A stretch of 64,000 nucleotides of DNA from the human T2T-CHM13v2.0 reference genome, Homo sapiens, in the NCBI RefSeq assembly GCF_009914755.1, contig NC_060926.1; one strand, 5' to 3'. The first letter of the stretch is position 1. Every line of letters starts with the position of its first letter. The notes below the pieces were generated by a model that made no database searches, had not been told where the DNA came from, and saw only the letters and a program-made list of their open reading frames with translations. A program made the translations under genes and the position numbers. Positions 1 through 13,382 of this stretch are shown one piece after another.

Positions 1-627
1 AACATTGTGGACATGATTAAGTACCCAAGTTCTGGGGTCTTGAATATTATTCTTCAATGAACTGGAGTGAAAACAAAACTGCTTCTTGAGGAGAATTTTG
101 GCCCAAACCAGGAGTCCCACTCCTCACCTTTTTGTGCATGTTTCCAGGAAAGGTGTCAGGGGAAGAGTGGCCTTTCATTGTGGGCATGTGTCCTTCCTTC
201 TCAGGTTCTTCAGCTGTCCTCAGAGAATTTAATCCCTATCCCCAACTCTGCTGATTGGAAGAATACTCAGCTCACTTCTTTTAAAATATGCACAAAATCT
301 TCTACTTGGTGCTTTTTACATCAGAAATGAGCAATTTGAATTCAAAGTCATTCAATATTTATCAAAAGTTGAGTTAAAGATAATACAGAAATTCTTCAGA
401 AAAAAACCTATGAGCCTCTTCTTGCATCAAGAAGATAACTTAAGAAAAATAAAACAGTAAATTTAGAAAACTTGATTTCTAAGAAGAGGCATTAATTTGA
501 AATATAAAACAATACAAGAAAAGTTTAGATATTCCTAGAATTATTTTACTAGAAAAGTTTGGAATATATTTCTAATTTTTGAGGTAAAATCATGGAAGAA
601 AAATAAATATATAAAGAGGCAACTGTG

Positions 628-629
<2 letters not shown>

Positions 630-668
<39 letters not shown>
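630..668. repeat. (TG)n microsatellite
   Basis: About 19 perfect TG units. Confidence 0.95.
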
Positions 669-670
<2 letters not shown>

Positions 671-1204
671 CAAATTTATCTGCCATTGACAGGTAAAGAA
701 TCCCGGTGTGCCTGGAGGATATCAGATCCTGGAAGACAAATGTTCTTCCTTCCTCCATTGACATGCACTATTCTCTTTAGGAATATTATATTCAAGGTCC
801 CAATGTGACTTTGAATATATACAACAAGTTCAAACAGCCTTCTAGCTTTATTGGCCACTGAGGTAATACTTCCCTTCCTTATCCTTCCTTATGCATGGAT
901 GCCACAATACAATTTTCCATGCAGCTGAGAGATAATGTGATTCTGTCTTCCATTCCTCTCACCTCCCTGATTCTCTGCTCCAACCTGTCTAATTCAAACA
1001 GAGAATCACCTGGTGCTTAGCTGGCAGCTTGTTTGATTGCTGCCTGTTTCCTGCGTGTTTCTTGAGGAGACACAGAAGGCAGAAGAACAGGCTGTTTAAA
1101 GACATCTGTGTGGGGGGTGCGTGAGTGCACACACACACGGTGTGTGTCTGAGGAAACACGCATTTCCTGGTGGGTATTCCCCCCATAAAATTCCCAAATA
1201 ACAG

Positions 1205-3752
1205 GATCCAAACATACATGAAACAAAACTTACAGAATTGAATAGAAAATAGACAATTCAATATGAATAATTGGAGATTTTAATCCTCACTTGCAATAAT
1301 GGAAAGAACAACACAACTGAATATCAGCAAGGAAATAAAGGACTTGAGCAACACTGCACAGCAACTTAATTTAGCAGACATCTATAGAACACAGCAGAAT
1401 CCAGCAACAGCAGAACACACTTTCTTCTCAAGCTCACATGGAACATTTTATAGGACAGACCATATGTTAGGCCATAAAATAAACTTCAGTAAATTTTTAA
1501 AAAGAGAATAATACAAAGTATGTTCTCCTACCACAATAAAATGAAATTAGAAGTAAATAACAGAAAGAAATTTGAGAAATTTACTAATATGTAAAAATTA
1601 CACAACACACTCCTAAATAACCAATGGGTAAGAAAAGAAATAAAAAAAAAATTAGAAAAATGCATCGAGATGAATCACAATGAAAATACAGCATATCGTA
1701 ATTATGGAACACAATGAAAACAGTACTTAGATATTTATAGCTGTAAATACCTATATTTAAAAAGAAGAAAAATCTTAAATTGATATCTTAACCTTTTGTC
1801 TTAAGAAACTAGAAAAAGAACAAACAAAAGCAAGGGGGAAGAAGAAAAGGATAAATACTGAAGTGTAAATAAATAAATAACAAGAAACCAATAGAGAACA
1901 TAAGCAAAAGTAAAATTTGGTTCTTTGAAAAGATTAATACAATTGACAAATGTTTAGCTAGACTGGGCCAAGAAACAAGAAAAAGAGTAAAATTACTAAA
2001 ATCAGAAATGAAAGAAGGAATATTACTACCAACCTTACAAAAATAAGAAGGATTATAAGGGAAGACAAAAAACAATTGTATTCTAATAAAGTAAATAATC
2101 TAGATAAAATGGACAAATTCACAGAAAAAATGAAACTATCAAAACTGATTCAAGAAGAAGCAGAATATCTGAATACACCAATTACAAGTAAAGAGATTGA
2201 ACCAGCAATTTTAAAAAGGTTTCTTAATCTTCCCAGGATGAGAGGGCTTCACTGGTGAATTCTACCAATTGTTTAAAGAAGAATCAATATCAATCCTTCA
2301 CAAAATTTCTAAAATTCAGAAGCAGCAAGAATATTTCTCAGCGTATTCTATGAGGCTACCATTAACCTGATTCTAAAAAACACAAAGGCATCACAAGAAA
2401 CAAAAACTACAAACCAATATCCCTTATGAACATAGATTCAAAATTCCTCAAAAATATTCTAGAAAACTAAATCCAGCAACATATAAAAAGTACACCATAA
2501 CCAAGTGAGATTTATCCCAAGAAGGTAAGGTTGGTTCGGTATATAAAAATCAACCACGTAATATACCATAATAATAGAATATAGAACAAAAACTACATGA
2601 TCATCTCAATAGACAGAAAAAAGCATTTGCCAAAATCCATCACCATTTCATCAATAAAAATACTGCATCACTTAGGAATAGAAAGGAACTTCCTTAACCT
2701 GATAAAGAGCATCTATGAAAAACCCACGGGTAACGTTATACTTAATGAAAAAGACTGAAAGCTTTCCCTCTAAATCAAAAATAAGATAAATATGTCCACT
2801 CTTTATACTTCTACTCAACACTCTGCTGGAGGTTCTAGTCAGGGCAATTAGACAAGAAAAAGAAATAACAGGTATCCATATTGGGAAAGAAGTAAAATCA
2901 TCTCTATTTGCAAATGTCTTAAATTTATACATAGAAAATTCCGAATAACCCCTTAAAAACTATTAGAACTAATAAGTTCAGTAAGGTTGCAGAATACAGA
3001 TCAATATACAAAAGTCAATAGTGTGTTTTTTTACACTATCAATGAATAATCTGAAAACAAAATTAAGAAAACAATTCCATTTACAATATCAAAAGGAATA
3101 AAACACCTAGGAATAAATTTAATAAAATGAGTAACAACTAGTACTCTGAAAACTACAAAACATTGTTGAAAGAAATTAAAGAATATCTAGATTAAGGCAA
3201 AGATATCCCAAGATCATGTATTTAAAAGCTTAATACTGTTAAAATGGCAATAATCCAAAAGTTGATCTACAGATTAAATGGAATCTCTGTCAAAATTTCT
3301 ACTGACTTTTTTTGCAGAAGTTGACAAGCTGATCCTGAGATTTATATGGAAATGCAAGACTCGGAATAGCTAAAAGAATTTGAAAAAGAACATAGTTGGA
3401 GGACTCAAATTTCCTGACTTCAAACTTATTATAAAACTGCAGAAATGAAGAGTGTGATACTGGCATAAGGGTAGGTATAAACATCATTGGAATAGATTTG
3501 GGAGTCTAGAAATAAACCCTACATTTATGGTCAGCTTATTTTGGGGAATCAATTGAGAATAGTGAAATCCATAGAGACAGAAAATTGATTAGCGGGGTTG
3601 TCAGGGGCTAGAGGGAGGAAAGAATGGAGAGTGACTGCTAGTACTTACAGGACTTTTGGTGGATGATGAAAATTTTGTGGAACTGCATAATAGTGATGGT
3701 TGCACAACTTTATGAACATATTAAAACCACTGGATTGCACACTTTGTTAAAA
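1205..3752 (+). mobile_element. Old degenerate LINE-1 (L1M/L1MB-like): ORF2 EN-RT remnant plus 3' end
   Basis: A-rich strand. ORF fragments resemble L1 ORF2 (DIYRT...AEHTFFSSSHGTFYRTDHMLGHK; NLDKMDKF...LNTPITSKEIE) with many stops and frameshifts. An L1M-type 3' UTR lies at ~3565-3750. Confidence 0.9.
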
Positions 3753-5609
3753 AATGTATGAATGGATGAATGAATGAATGACTATTCCAAATCATCCTCA
3801 CACTTCTAGACATTTATCAAAGTTTGCCCTATTATATGATTATTTCTGAACATGGATGGCCTCCCCATATAGATTGTATGATGCTTAAGGAAAAGAATCA
3901 CACGCCATTTACTCTTGTATCAAGAAAAATATTTATACCTGGTAGGAGATCAATAAACCCTTGTTGAATAAATTGATATCCCCAACACTCCAAGCTTTCT
4001 AACACTTATGTTTCCCTAAGAGCCTTCAATATGCTTGAGTAGACTCCAAAACCACAGATCCAGCCTCACCCACTCAGCTTCTTTGAGATCTGCAGCAGTT
4101 GCTTGCCAGATAATTAGAACCAAGAGCTTGTTTATGTCAATGCTGATTTTATTCCATTCCTTGTCTGAAGAGCTATTTTGCTAAAGTGTTTTTCATTAGG
4201 AGTTAAGTGATTCAATTCTGTGTTATACTCATCTTCCTCGTCTTCCAATAATCCAGCCTTTACTATGTCCCAGCCCCCTCTTCTTCTCCAGTCTCCCCTG
4301 TCCTTCTACATCTTCTGCTTTCTAAATTTGGAATTCTGTAGCCAAACAATGCACATTTTTTTGTTTTTATTGTCCTGGTCTTGCGGAAGGTTGATAGTTA
4401 CCTCCACTCTGTGCTTTGGCACTCATTTATTCATCCATTCATTTATTCAACCAATACCTATGAACACCTAATATATACCCCCACACTGTTCCAGTTGCTC
4501 TGTTGCTCTGATTAATTTTGTTTTTACTCGTTGACATGGAAATGAAGTGTGTGTTTGCTTATGCAGCCAAAGGAATTTGTGTCGCACATCCTCTGAGAAT
4601 GTTAGAGGAATTTGGTGTTTGTATGTGCTAATACCTAGTGATAAACTAGCAGACTCATTGATTAATAATTTCCATATTTGAAGGATCTTGAAACATGAAT
4701 CAACTCCTTTTCATCTACCATAGGTACCAGTATTTTAATCAATTCGAATTTCAAATCCTTCTTGCAAATTTAAGCAAATTGCCATCTGTTGCTCAGGTTG
4801 CACTGGTTATGGCTTCAGTGTTACTGTTACCTTTGCAGCTTAAGTCAAAAAGGAAAAAGAAGAAGGAATAATTGTTGAGCATTAACATCTTGCTTATATA
4901 GGCATTCCTGACATATAATTACTGGCAGCTATCCAGAAAATGTGGCCTAGTTTCTGGAGGCCTGTTTAGTCTGCCATATTAAAAGATGCACAATAATGTA
5001 ATCAACTCAAGAATTTGATTATCTGTACCTATATATTTTCTTTTTAATAGTGTAACAAAATCCTTCAGTCCCATTTTAAGAAAGCCTCAGAAACTGTTAG
5101 GCTTCATGCTGAGCTGAGTTCAAACTTATTATAAAACTGCAGAAATGAAGAGTGTGATACTGGCATAAGGGCAGGTACAAACAGAGAGAGGCCTAGATGT
5201 TCTGTGTGTGACTATCTGAGCAATGATTTAGGTGGGCAGAGCCGCCAGCTTCCAGACTGGCAGACCCAGTTTCAGGAGAGACAGTATCAGAGCACGGTGC
5301 TTGCTTGGGCCTGCCCCTTTCTCTCACTCCTCAAACAACCATTAGTCCTGTTTTCCAGCAGCTGCCTGTAGAGGAACCAAAAACAATTTTTTTTTTAATC
5401 AACCCTCACTCTGGTCTTCATGGAAAGCTGCCTACTTTGCTGTTGGGCCTCTCAGATTGCATGTTTGATCTATCAGGAACTGGCCTTCCTCCACCAACTC
5501 AGAATTCTCTCTAGTCTGGTAAGTAAATGTGTGCATCTGAACATTGAAATGTTTTTAAATCCTGAAACCAATTCAGAGGACTGTAGATCTGGAAGGCTGC
5601 TTAGAGCCT

Positions 5610-5784
5610 TGTTTAGTCCAGAGACCAGTAGCATCAGCATCACTTGGGTAATGCAGAAATGCCAATTATTAGACTTATTCCAGACTTTTACTGACTTAGA
5701 ATCTCTGAGGGTGGGGCACAGAGATCTGAATGTTTCAAAGCCCTAAAGGTGATCCTGATACTAACTAAAGTTTGAGATGCCCTG
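5610..5784. mobile_element. MER5A-like hAT-Charlie MITE
   Basis: GACCAGTAGCATCAGCATCACTTGGG...AGAATCTCTGAGGGTGGGG...AAAGTTTGAGA matches the MER5A pattern. Confidence 0.7.
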
Positions 5785-6194
5785 GCATGTTTGTTATTCT
5801 GTGCCATTCTTCACATTCTGACCTCTTGCCTAAAGCCGGTTCACTTCTTTCTCAGAACCTATGGCCTGAATACCTGTTCCATTGTATCTTGCCCCTGTCA
5901 CTGTTTCCCCTAGATGAGAGTTACTGATTCCAGCCTCCATTGTCCTCTCTGGACTGAACTCTGTATCTGCAGGCTCATTCCTGCACTTTCTTACTTTTCT
6001 GAGCTCAGTCTCTCACCTGTCTGCCTATGCGAGCTACCTTCATGCTTCAATTCCAACCTTTCTTCCTGCCTACAACTCCCCTCTTCTGACCTTACTGCAG
6101 AGGGTGAAATCTACACATTAAAGCTACCAGAGCATGATGCCTATTAACACAGGTATCCAAAAAGTTCTCTGTGCCATCTGTCTTTCCCCCTTGC

Positions 6195-6795
6195 TGCCTA
6201 TCTTCCACACAGCTGCCAGTTATTTTCCTAAGGAACAAAACTGATACTATCGTCCGCTAAAAAGTCTTACAGACTTGCAATTACAGGCACAATTTTCTGC
6301 AGGATAAAGTTCAAATTCCTTAGCGTGATATCCAAAACCCTCCACAGCCTATAACTAATTTATATCCTGAATTTCATTGCTATTGTCCCTCTCACCCCCA
6401 GCACTACACCTCTCTCATGTCAGCCTCACATGTCTGACAATCTACTTGTCAGGCGTCAGTGCCTTTGCACCTGTTATTTCCTCTGCCTGATTTGCTCTTC
6501 TTCTTACTTCGCCGGTGACTAGTTTTTTAAGACTCAATTCAAGTGCCATCCCTTCAGTAAGGCTCTCACCACCTCCTTCAGGCTGAGTTACATGCACTTT
6601 TCCCTGGGCACTTGGTTGACAATTTTCATCTCATCACTTGTGACATTGTGCTTGAATTGTCAGTTTATATATCTTCTTTACAAACTAGAAACTGTTCATG
6701 CACAGAGAGAGTGTCTTGTCTTAATTGAAATTAAGAGCCTAATATGGTGGAGGGGCATGTTGTAGAAACTCAATAAATACTGCCAAATGAATATT
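6195..6795 (-). mobile_element. L2 LINE 3' remnant
   Basis: GCCTTTGCACCTGTTATTTCCTCTGCCTG...CTCAATAAATACTG is typical of antisense L2. Confidence 0.65.
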
Positions 6796-7332
6796 CGGAT
6801 TCTTAAGAAGTGTGCCCCAAGGAAATGCTGTAATAAGGAAGCTTGCTTTATAAATGTGCATGAGGTAAACCCCTTTGTAAATCAGGGATCCATTTTGTAA
6901 AGAAATAAATTACTTTGTGATATAAAATAGTCAATCCCTGATTCGTCTGTATAGTATTTCCATATCTATTATTATCCTAATATAATAGCATACCTATTAT
7001 TTTTTCAAGCATATCTGCAATTTATACTGGCTTTCTAATTCGGAAAGTTCGTTGCTTATTCCGGGTACCTGAAGGTTTGTTTTATTCCAACTTCTGATAG
7101 ACTAGGGTTTTCTAGAAAAAGACAAGGAATGTATGTGAGTTGTGACTTGTGAGTGCATGGAATTTAAAATATAAAAAAAGTTTAAAAGCTTCATTTTTAA
7201 TATATGAAATAAATCTTATAGGTTTTTATGAAATTTTGTAGGTTTTTATGAAAAAATCTAAATCACTTTAAGTACTACTAAATTCAAGTTGTTTAAAGAA
7301 AATTCCATGTCATCTATAATACGTGTATGATA

Positions 7333-8371
<1,039 letters not shown>

Positions 8372-8584
8372 TATTCTCACGTGTAACATCACCGGAGCCA
8401 CCAGCAGGCTTATGATTTCTATTTGATAGGTGAAGGGTGCCTTACAGCCTTTGTAACTAGTGCCCTCTAGGGCTATGCAGTTCCCTACCTACACAATGAT
8501 TCTTGACGACTTCAATGTAAAATAAAAGGTCTATGCTTCATCACAAACAGTTTTCTTCTAGCTCTTAGTGGAGTCTCCCCTATA

Positions 8585-9505
8585 CCAGTGATTTTTTATG
8601 GGGTAGTGCTTTATGGCTACAATGATTGTAGGAGAGTGGTGTTCCTGACACACAATAGGCAGGGCAAAGGAACGATATGCTTCCAAAACTTTATGGACCA
8701 GTCCTTTAAACAAAGAATTGTCTATGTCCTGCACCCTTTTTTTTTAATGTCCTGCTAACTTTTTTATGAAAGCAAAAAGAGTTGTTTATAATTATCTTCA
8801 CCTAGAATCTAATGCTGTTTTACATATAAACAAAAAGTAGTTTTACAGTCCTAATATATACTGAGTTTTTCAGGAATGCAACAATCCAGTAAATAAAAAG
8901 TTGTTATTTTTTAACTTTACAACTTTACCAAGAGTTCTTGGTAAATGACTGTTTGCCGTTCTAAAAAAAATAAAATATATCACTCAAAGAAATGCTGTTC
9001 CTGGAATTTAGGTCACCAACATAGCACCTATACCAGTCTGCATTCGTAGCTGTTCAAGTCACAGGAGATGCTGTGCAGGGGTGCAAGCATATGCCTACTA
9101 TTCTGTGTCTTCTGATGGAATTGTGTCTAAGCATTTCCATATTGAAATACAGAATATTCTATTACAAATGGTTTTCTTTTAATTCATCCTTGTTTTAGTT
9201 AGAGAATTATATTAATTTTTAAGATTATATATATCTAAACACATAAATATAAATTTATAACTATACTGATATATATAGCTATATATAGTTATAGTATATA
9301 TAAATTTGTATATAAAAATTATGTATATGTAAATATATATATCCATATATAGTAGCTATATATATATAATTTATAGCTAACCCATGTATATATAGCTATA
9401 TATATGGGTATAGCTATAAATTACATCTAAAGAAAGTATAAAGGACCTTACAAAATATTTGTTATTAAAAGGGACAATGTGGTCTTAAATGGTTGAGAAC
9501 ATCTG
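8585..9505. mobile_element. hAT-Charlie element (MER20B-like) with an internal TA-rich expansion
   Basis: MER20-like motifs (ACAAAGAATTGTC; terminal GGTTGAGAACATCTG) and a Charlie-like interior; TA-rich tract at 9225-9425. Confidence 0.55.
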
Positions 9506-9724
9506 CCATAGGTTGTACATTCTCTCTTCAAATTGTTGCCTTATGGAAAAAAAGAACTTTAAGCCCCATTTTCACCAGTTCCAGCTCATAACCATTTCAA
9601 TTTCTGAATTAAAATTAAACTCAAAACATTATTCCCAATTATTATTTGAGGTTAAACTACAAGTTTCCTGAAGAAAATATGTACAGATTGTTTGTTTTTA
9701 TTTTTTAAAACTTATTAATCATTT

Positions 9725-9819
9725 GTTTTTGGAATTTTTCACTTAATACTTTCAGATGTCAGTTGCCTGCAGGTAGCTAAAACTGAAGAAGTGAACTCAC
9801 AGATAAAGGAGGACTACTA
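9725..9819 (-). mobile_element. Tigger/MER44-family terminal fragment
   Basis: Ends GATAAAGGAGGACTACTA-TA, similar to the MER44 end at 8280-8371. Confidence 0.55.
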
Positions 9820-9923
9820 TATATATATACAAATTAATGAGTGTTGACATTTATTTGAATAGAAACTAGGGGCATCTTTTTTCCCTTTAGCTTTAGTTGA
9901 CATGTAATAATTAATATGTACAG

Positions 9924-10045
9924 TTTTGTTTTGTTTTGTTTTGTTTTTTGAAACAGGATCTCACTCTGTCGCCCAGGCTGGAGTGCAGTGGCACGATCTC
10001 GGCTCACTGTAGACTCTGCCTCCCTGATTCAAGCAATTCTCATGC
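9924..10045 (-). mobile_element. Partial Alu (3' part of right arm)
   Basis: (TTTTG)n tail followed by TCTCACTCTGTCGCCCAGGCTGGAGTGCAGTGG, truncated. Confidence 0.9.
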
Positions 10046-10074
10046 ATTCCTTCCTTTCTTTCTTTCCTCCATTT

Positions 10075-10440
10075 TTAAGATATACACTGAGTAACTACTT
10101 TGTTGTCAGTCACAGTTTCTCAATGAACAAGAGAGACCAGTCTCTGCTTTGATGGAGCTTATACTGAAATTAATGAAGACAGACTACAAATCAGCAAGAA
10201 GAAAAACTCCTATTAGTAATAAACATTTTACAGAGAATTGCAAAGGATTATGTGTTGGTTGTGCTAGACAGACCAAATGGCTGTTTTACATGGGGTAGTT
10301 AGAGGAGATTTCTTTGAGAGGGTAATCTTTAGGCTGAAATACTAACGACTAGAAGTGAGCCATTCAGGTATGAGGCAGAACCGTATGCCAGGCAGGGGGA
10401 ACAGCTTGCACCAAGCCCTAAGCTGAGAAGGGAACAAGCT
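10075..10440 (+). mobile_element. L2 remnant
   Basis: TGAACAAGAGAGACCAGTCTCTGCTTTGATGGAGCTTATA...CCAGGCAGGGGGAACAGC pattern. Orientation is approximate. Confidence 0.55.
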
Positions 10441-10603
10441 TAGAGACAAGAGAACATAGTAGTACGTGGAGGTGGAGGGATGGGAAAGAATAGGGGTGGG
10501 TCAGACATAGCGAGGAAGGGGAAAGTCAACAGATTGGAAGTGTCGATGAATTGCTGCTGTGATGAATATTCCACAGTAGGTGAGCTGTAAGAATAGAAGG
10601 ATG

Positions 10604-10685
10604 AGGGAAGGAAGGAAGGAAGGAAGGAAGGAAGGAAGGAAGGAAGGAAGGAAGGAAAGAAGGAAAGGAGGGAGGGAGGGAGGCA
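10604..10685. repeat. (GGAA)n/(GGGA)n purine microsatellite
   Basis: About 12 perfect GGAA units followed by GGGA units. Confidence 0.95.
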
Positions 10686-11152
10686 AGAGAGGGCGACAAA
10701 GGAACTATGTAAAATAAATGTTAGTAAAGAAGCATTCCCCCACATTTTTAAAGTAAACACAAGAGGAGACTATGAAAAACATAATAAAAGTCATGACAAT
10801 TGTGATGTGACAAGCTCTGACTCCCCTGATCTCCCTTAAGGAAAGCTGCTCATTTGTTTACTTCTCTCTTTTTTCTTCACCCATTTGTTCTATCAGGATT
10901 TATTAAACTTATACTATTTCCCAGGTTCTGTGCCAGGCACTAGGGCTGTATAAATCAGACACATTCCCCACCTATGGGGAGATCCCAGGTTATCAAAAGA
11001 AACAACTATATCAATATGAGACAGCACAGGGTGAGAAGTGCCAGTACACAGGCTTTTAGAAAGAACAGTCATGGCACAGGCGGGAAAATGAATAGCTTTC
11101 CTTAAGAGGGATCAGGGAAGTCAAAGCTTGTCACACCATCACTGTCATGACT

Positions 11153-11222
11153 TTTATTTATTTATTTATTTATTTACTTATTTATTTATTTATTTATTTT
11201 TGTTTTGCTTTGTTTTGTTTTG
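11153..11222. repeat. (TTTA)n-(TTTTG)n simple repeat
   Basis: Seen directly. Confidence 0.9.
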
Positions 11223-11299
11223 ATTTTTGATGCTGTTCCTCATCCAAATCATTGAGCATGAACGCAGTAAAGCATGCACTTATAAGATATGCACTTACA

Positions 11300-12075
11300 T
11301 GGATGTTAAAAACATGAGTTTTAAAGCCAGCCTAAGTTCACATCCTCATGCAACTACTTCCTAGCTAAATGAGTTTGGACAAATTACTTAACCTGTTTGT
11401 ACCTCAGTTTCCCCATTTATAAAATGGATATGATGACAAAATCGACCTCATAGTACTGTATGAGAAATTATGAAGTTAATCTATGTGTATCAATTAGCTT
11501 TCGATACATAGAAAACTTCCCAAAAGCTTAATAATTTAAAACAACGATTATAATTATCAGCTCATACGTCTTTTGTGTTGACAGTTTGCATGGGGTTCAA
11601 CCAAGCAGTTCTTCTGCTGGTCTCTCCTAGATGCATTCATGTGCTGGGAGTCAGTGCACAGATCTGCTTGGGCTGGCTTGTCCCACCTGGTCTCACTCAT
11701 ATGTCTTGCACTTGGCTGGGGTGGCTGAGCCATGTATCACCCGCATGTAGTAGCCTCACTGGACTTTTTCACGAGGTGACTGGGTTCTAAAGGCTGGAAA
11801 CGCAAGGTCACACACCCGTGCCCAAGCACTTTTCAAGCCTTACGACACATGTGCTAATATCTCACTGGTTTAAGCAAGCCATATGACCAAGTCCAGAGTG
11901 AAGAGGTAAAGTAATAGACACTACTTCTTGATAGGAGATTCAATATATTGTGGTCATTTAAAAAATATATATATATAAATATAAATATATACATATATAT
12001 AATATATACCACAACACAAGCACTTAGGATGGTGGCTAGCACATAGTATGCCTTATTTAATAAACTAGTTAACAT
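11300..12075 (+). mobile_element. MIR interrupted by an MLT1-type solo LTR (~11487-11960)
   Basis: MIR core (CCTCAGTTTCCCCATTTATAAAATGG) stops at ~11485 and resumes at ~12018 (AAGCACTTAG...GCACATAGTA). The insert has MLT1 motifs (AATTTAAAACAAC...TCTCACTGG...CCATATGACCAAGTCCAGAGT). Confidence 0.65.
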
Positions 12076-12319
12076 TACATGAGGCTACACTTGTGCAGAT
12101 GCTTTACAACCCAGCCCATATCACACCCACTCTAAGTAAAAATGAAAATAAATTGTAAAATTGGAAGTAGAGACAGGAAGTAGAATCAGAATGAAACATC
12201 CTCACACAGTTTTATATTACAGAAAAAATGCTAGTACTACCAAACATGCAAAGCTGAACTCCACTTACAAGAGGCTGTTCAGATTTCTGTATTTTCAGCA
12301 TGGCTTAGTGGGCAGGAAG

Positions 12320-12560
12320 GTGTAGGGTACTAGGTCATGGTTTCTGGAATCAACTGCTCTAAGTTAGAATTCTAGCTTGCTATTTACTAGCTGGGTAGCC
12401 TCAGACTAATTACCTAACAACTCTGCGCTTCCATTTTTGTAGCTACAGTATTGGAGAAATGGTAAATTGTAACTCCTGGGGTCTTTGGGAGGATTAAATG
12501 AAGCATAGTGTATAAAGTGCTGCTGGTGTATAGTGAGCATCCAATAAATGTTAGCTATTT
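12320..12560 (+). mobile_element. MIR
   Basis: Degenerate MIR core ending CAATAAATGTTAGCTATT. Confidence 0.65.
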
Positions 12561-12604
12561 TTCTTTAATTTTTTAAGAATAAAAAATAGTCTGGTGTTGT
12601 TCAG

Positions 12605-12785
12605 AGATGTCCGACCTTGGTAGCACATTGGAATTACTAGGGGAGCATAAAAATACTGATTTTTGCCTCTTTGACCCACCCCAGAGATTCTGATATAAAT
12701 GAATGGTCTGGAGCGAGGCCCTTGCCCAGTGGATTTTAAAAGCTCTCAAGGTAATTCTAATGCACAGCTAAAATTCAGAACTACA
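12605..12785. mobile_element. MER5A-like MITE
   Basis: CACATTGGAATTACTAGGGGAG...CCCAGAGATTCTGAT...GGTAATTCTAATGCACAGC. Confidence 0.7.
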
Positions 12786-13294
12786 GGTCTTGTTGAACAG
12801 GACATTAGAGATGATCCAGGGCAAACTCATCATTTCATAAGTGAGAAAATTGAGGCTCAAAGAGGTGATAGGAATTGCTTAGTGACAGCCAGGTGGTGGA
12901 CAGAAAAACCAAATCCAGGTACCCTGACTCCTGCTCATAGCTCTGTCCCTTTCATCTGGCCACCGCAAGAACAGGTTAGCCAAGGTCAGCCTGGCTGTGA
13001 TCCTCATCACCGAGAAGTGATAGCCAGGAAAGAGGAAGCTGAACTCCTGTTAAGCCTACCTGATGCCAAATTCTATGTTCCTAAATTAACTCCAAGAATA
13101 ATTTTGGTCTCTCTTGATGCTTAATCTTTCCCCTATACTTTCAGGTTTGATTCATAGTGGATTCAGATTCTGCCTATGTTAGTTTAAATTAGGCTTTTAT
13201 TTCATTTCTTCAGTTTTCCTTAGAGATAAAATTCCATCTTATATACACATTCATGCATGCTCAGAGCTACATTTCAAAGGGGAAAAAAGCAGAC

Positions 13295-13382
13295 TTCTTC
13301 TTCCCTTCTTTCCTTCCTTCCTTCCTTCCTTCCTGCCACCCTCCCCTTCTCTCTCTTCCTTTTCCCTCCTTCATCCTTCCTC
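13295..13382. repeat. (CCTT)n pyrimidine tract
   Basis: Seen directly. Confidence 0.85.

Noticed and set aside
1299-2258. ORFs with L1 ORF2-like peptides
   Set aside because: Fragments of a dead L1 with many stops and frameshifts; not a gene.
7219-7253. Small tandem duplications (also 21880, 37310, 45737, 53069, 61272, 63427)
   Set aside because: Ordinary slippage products of 7-20 bp with no further structure.
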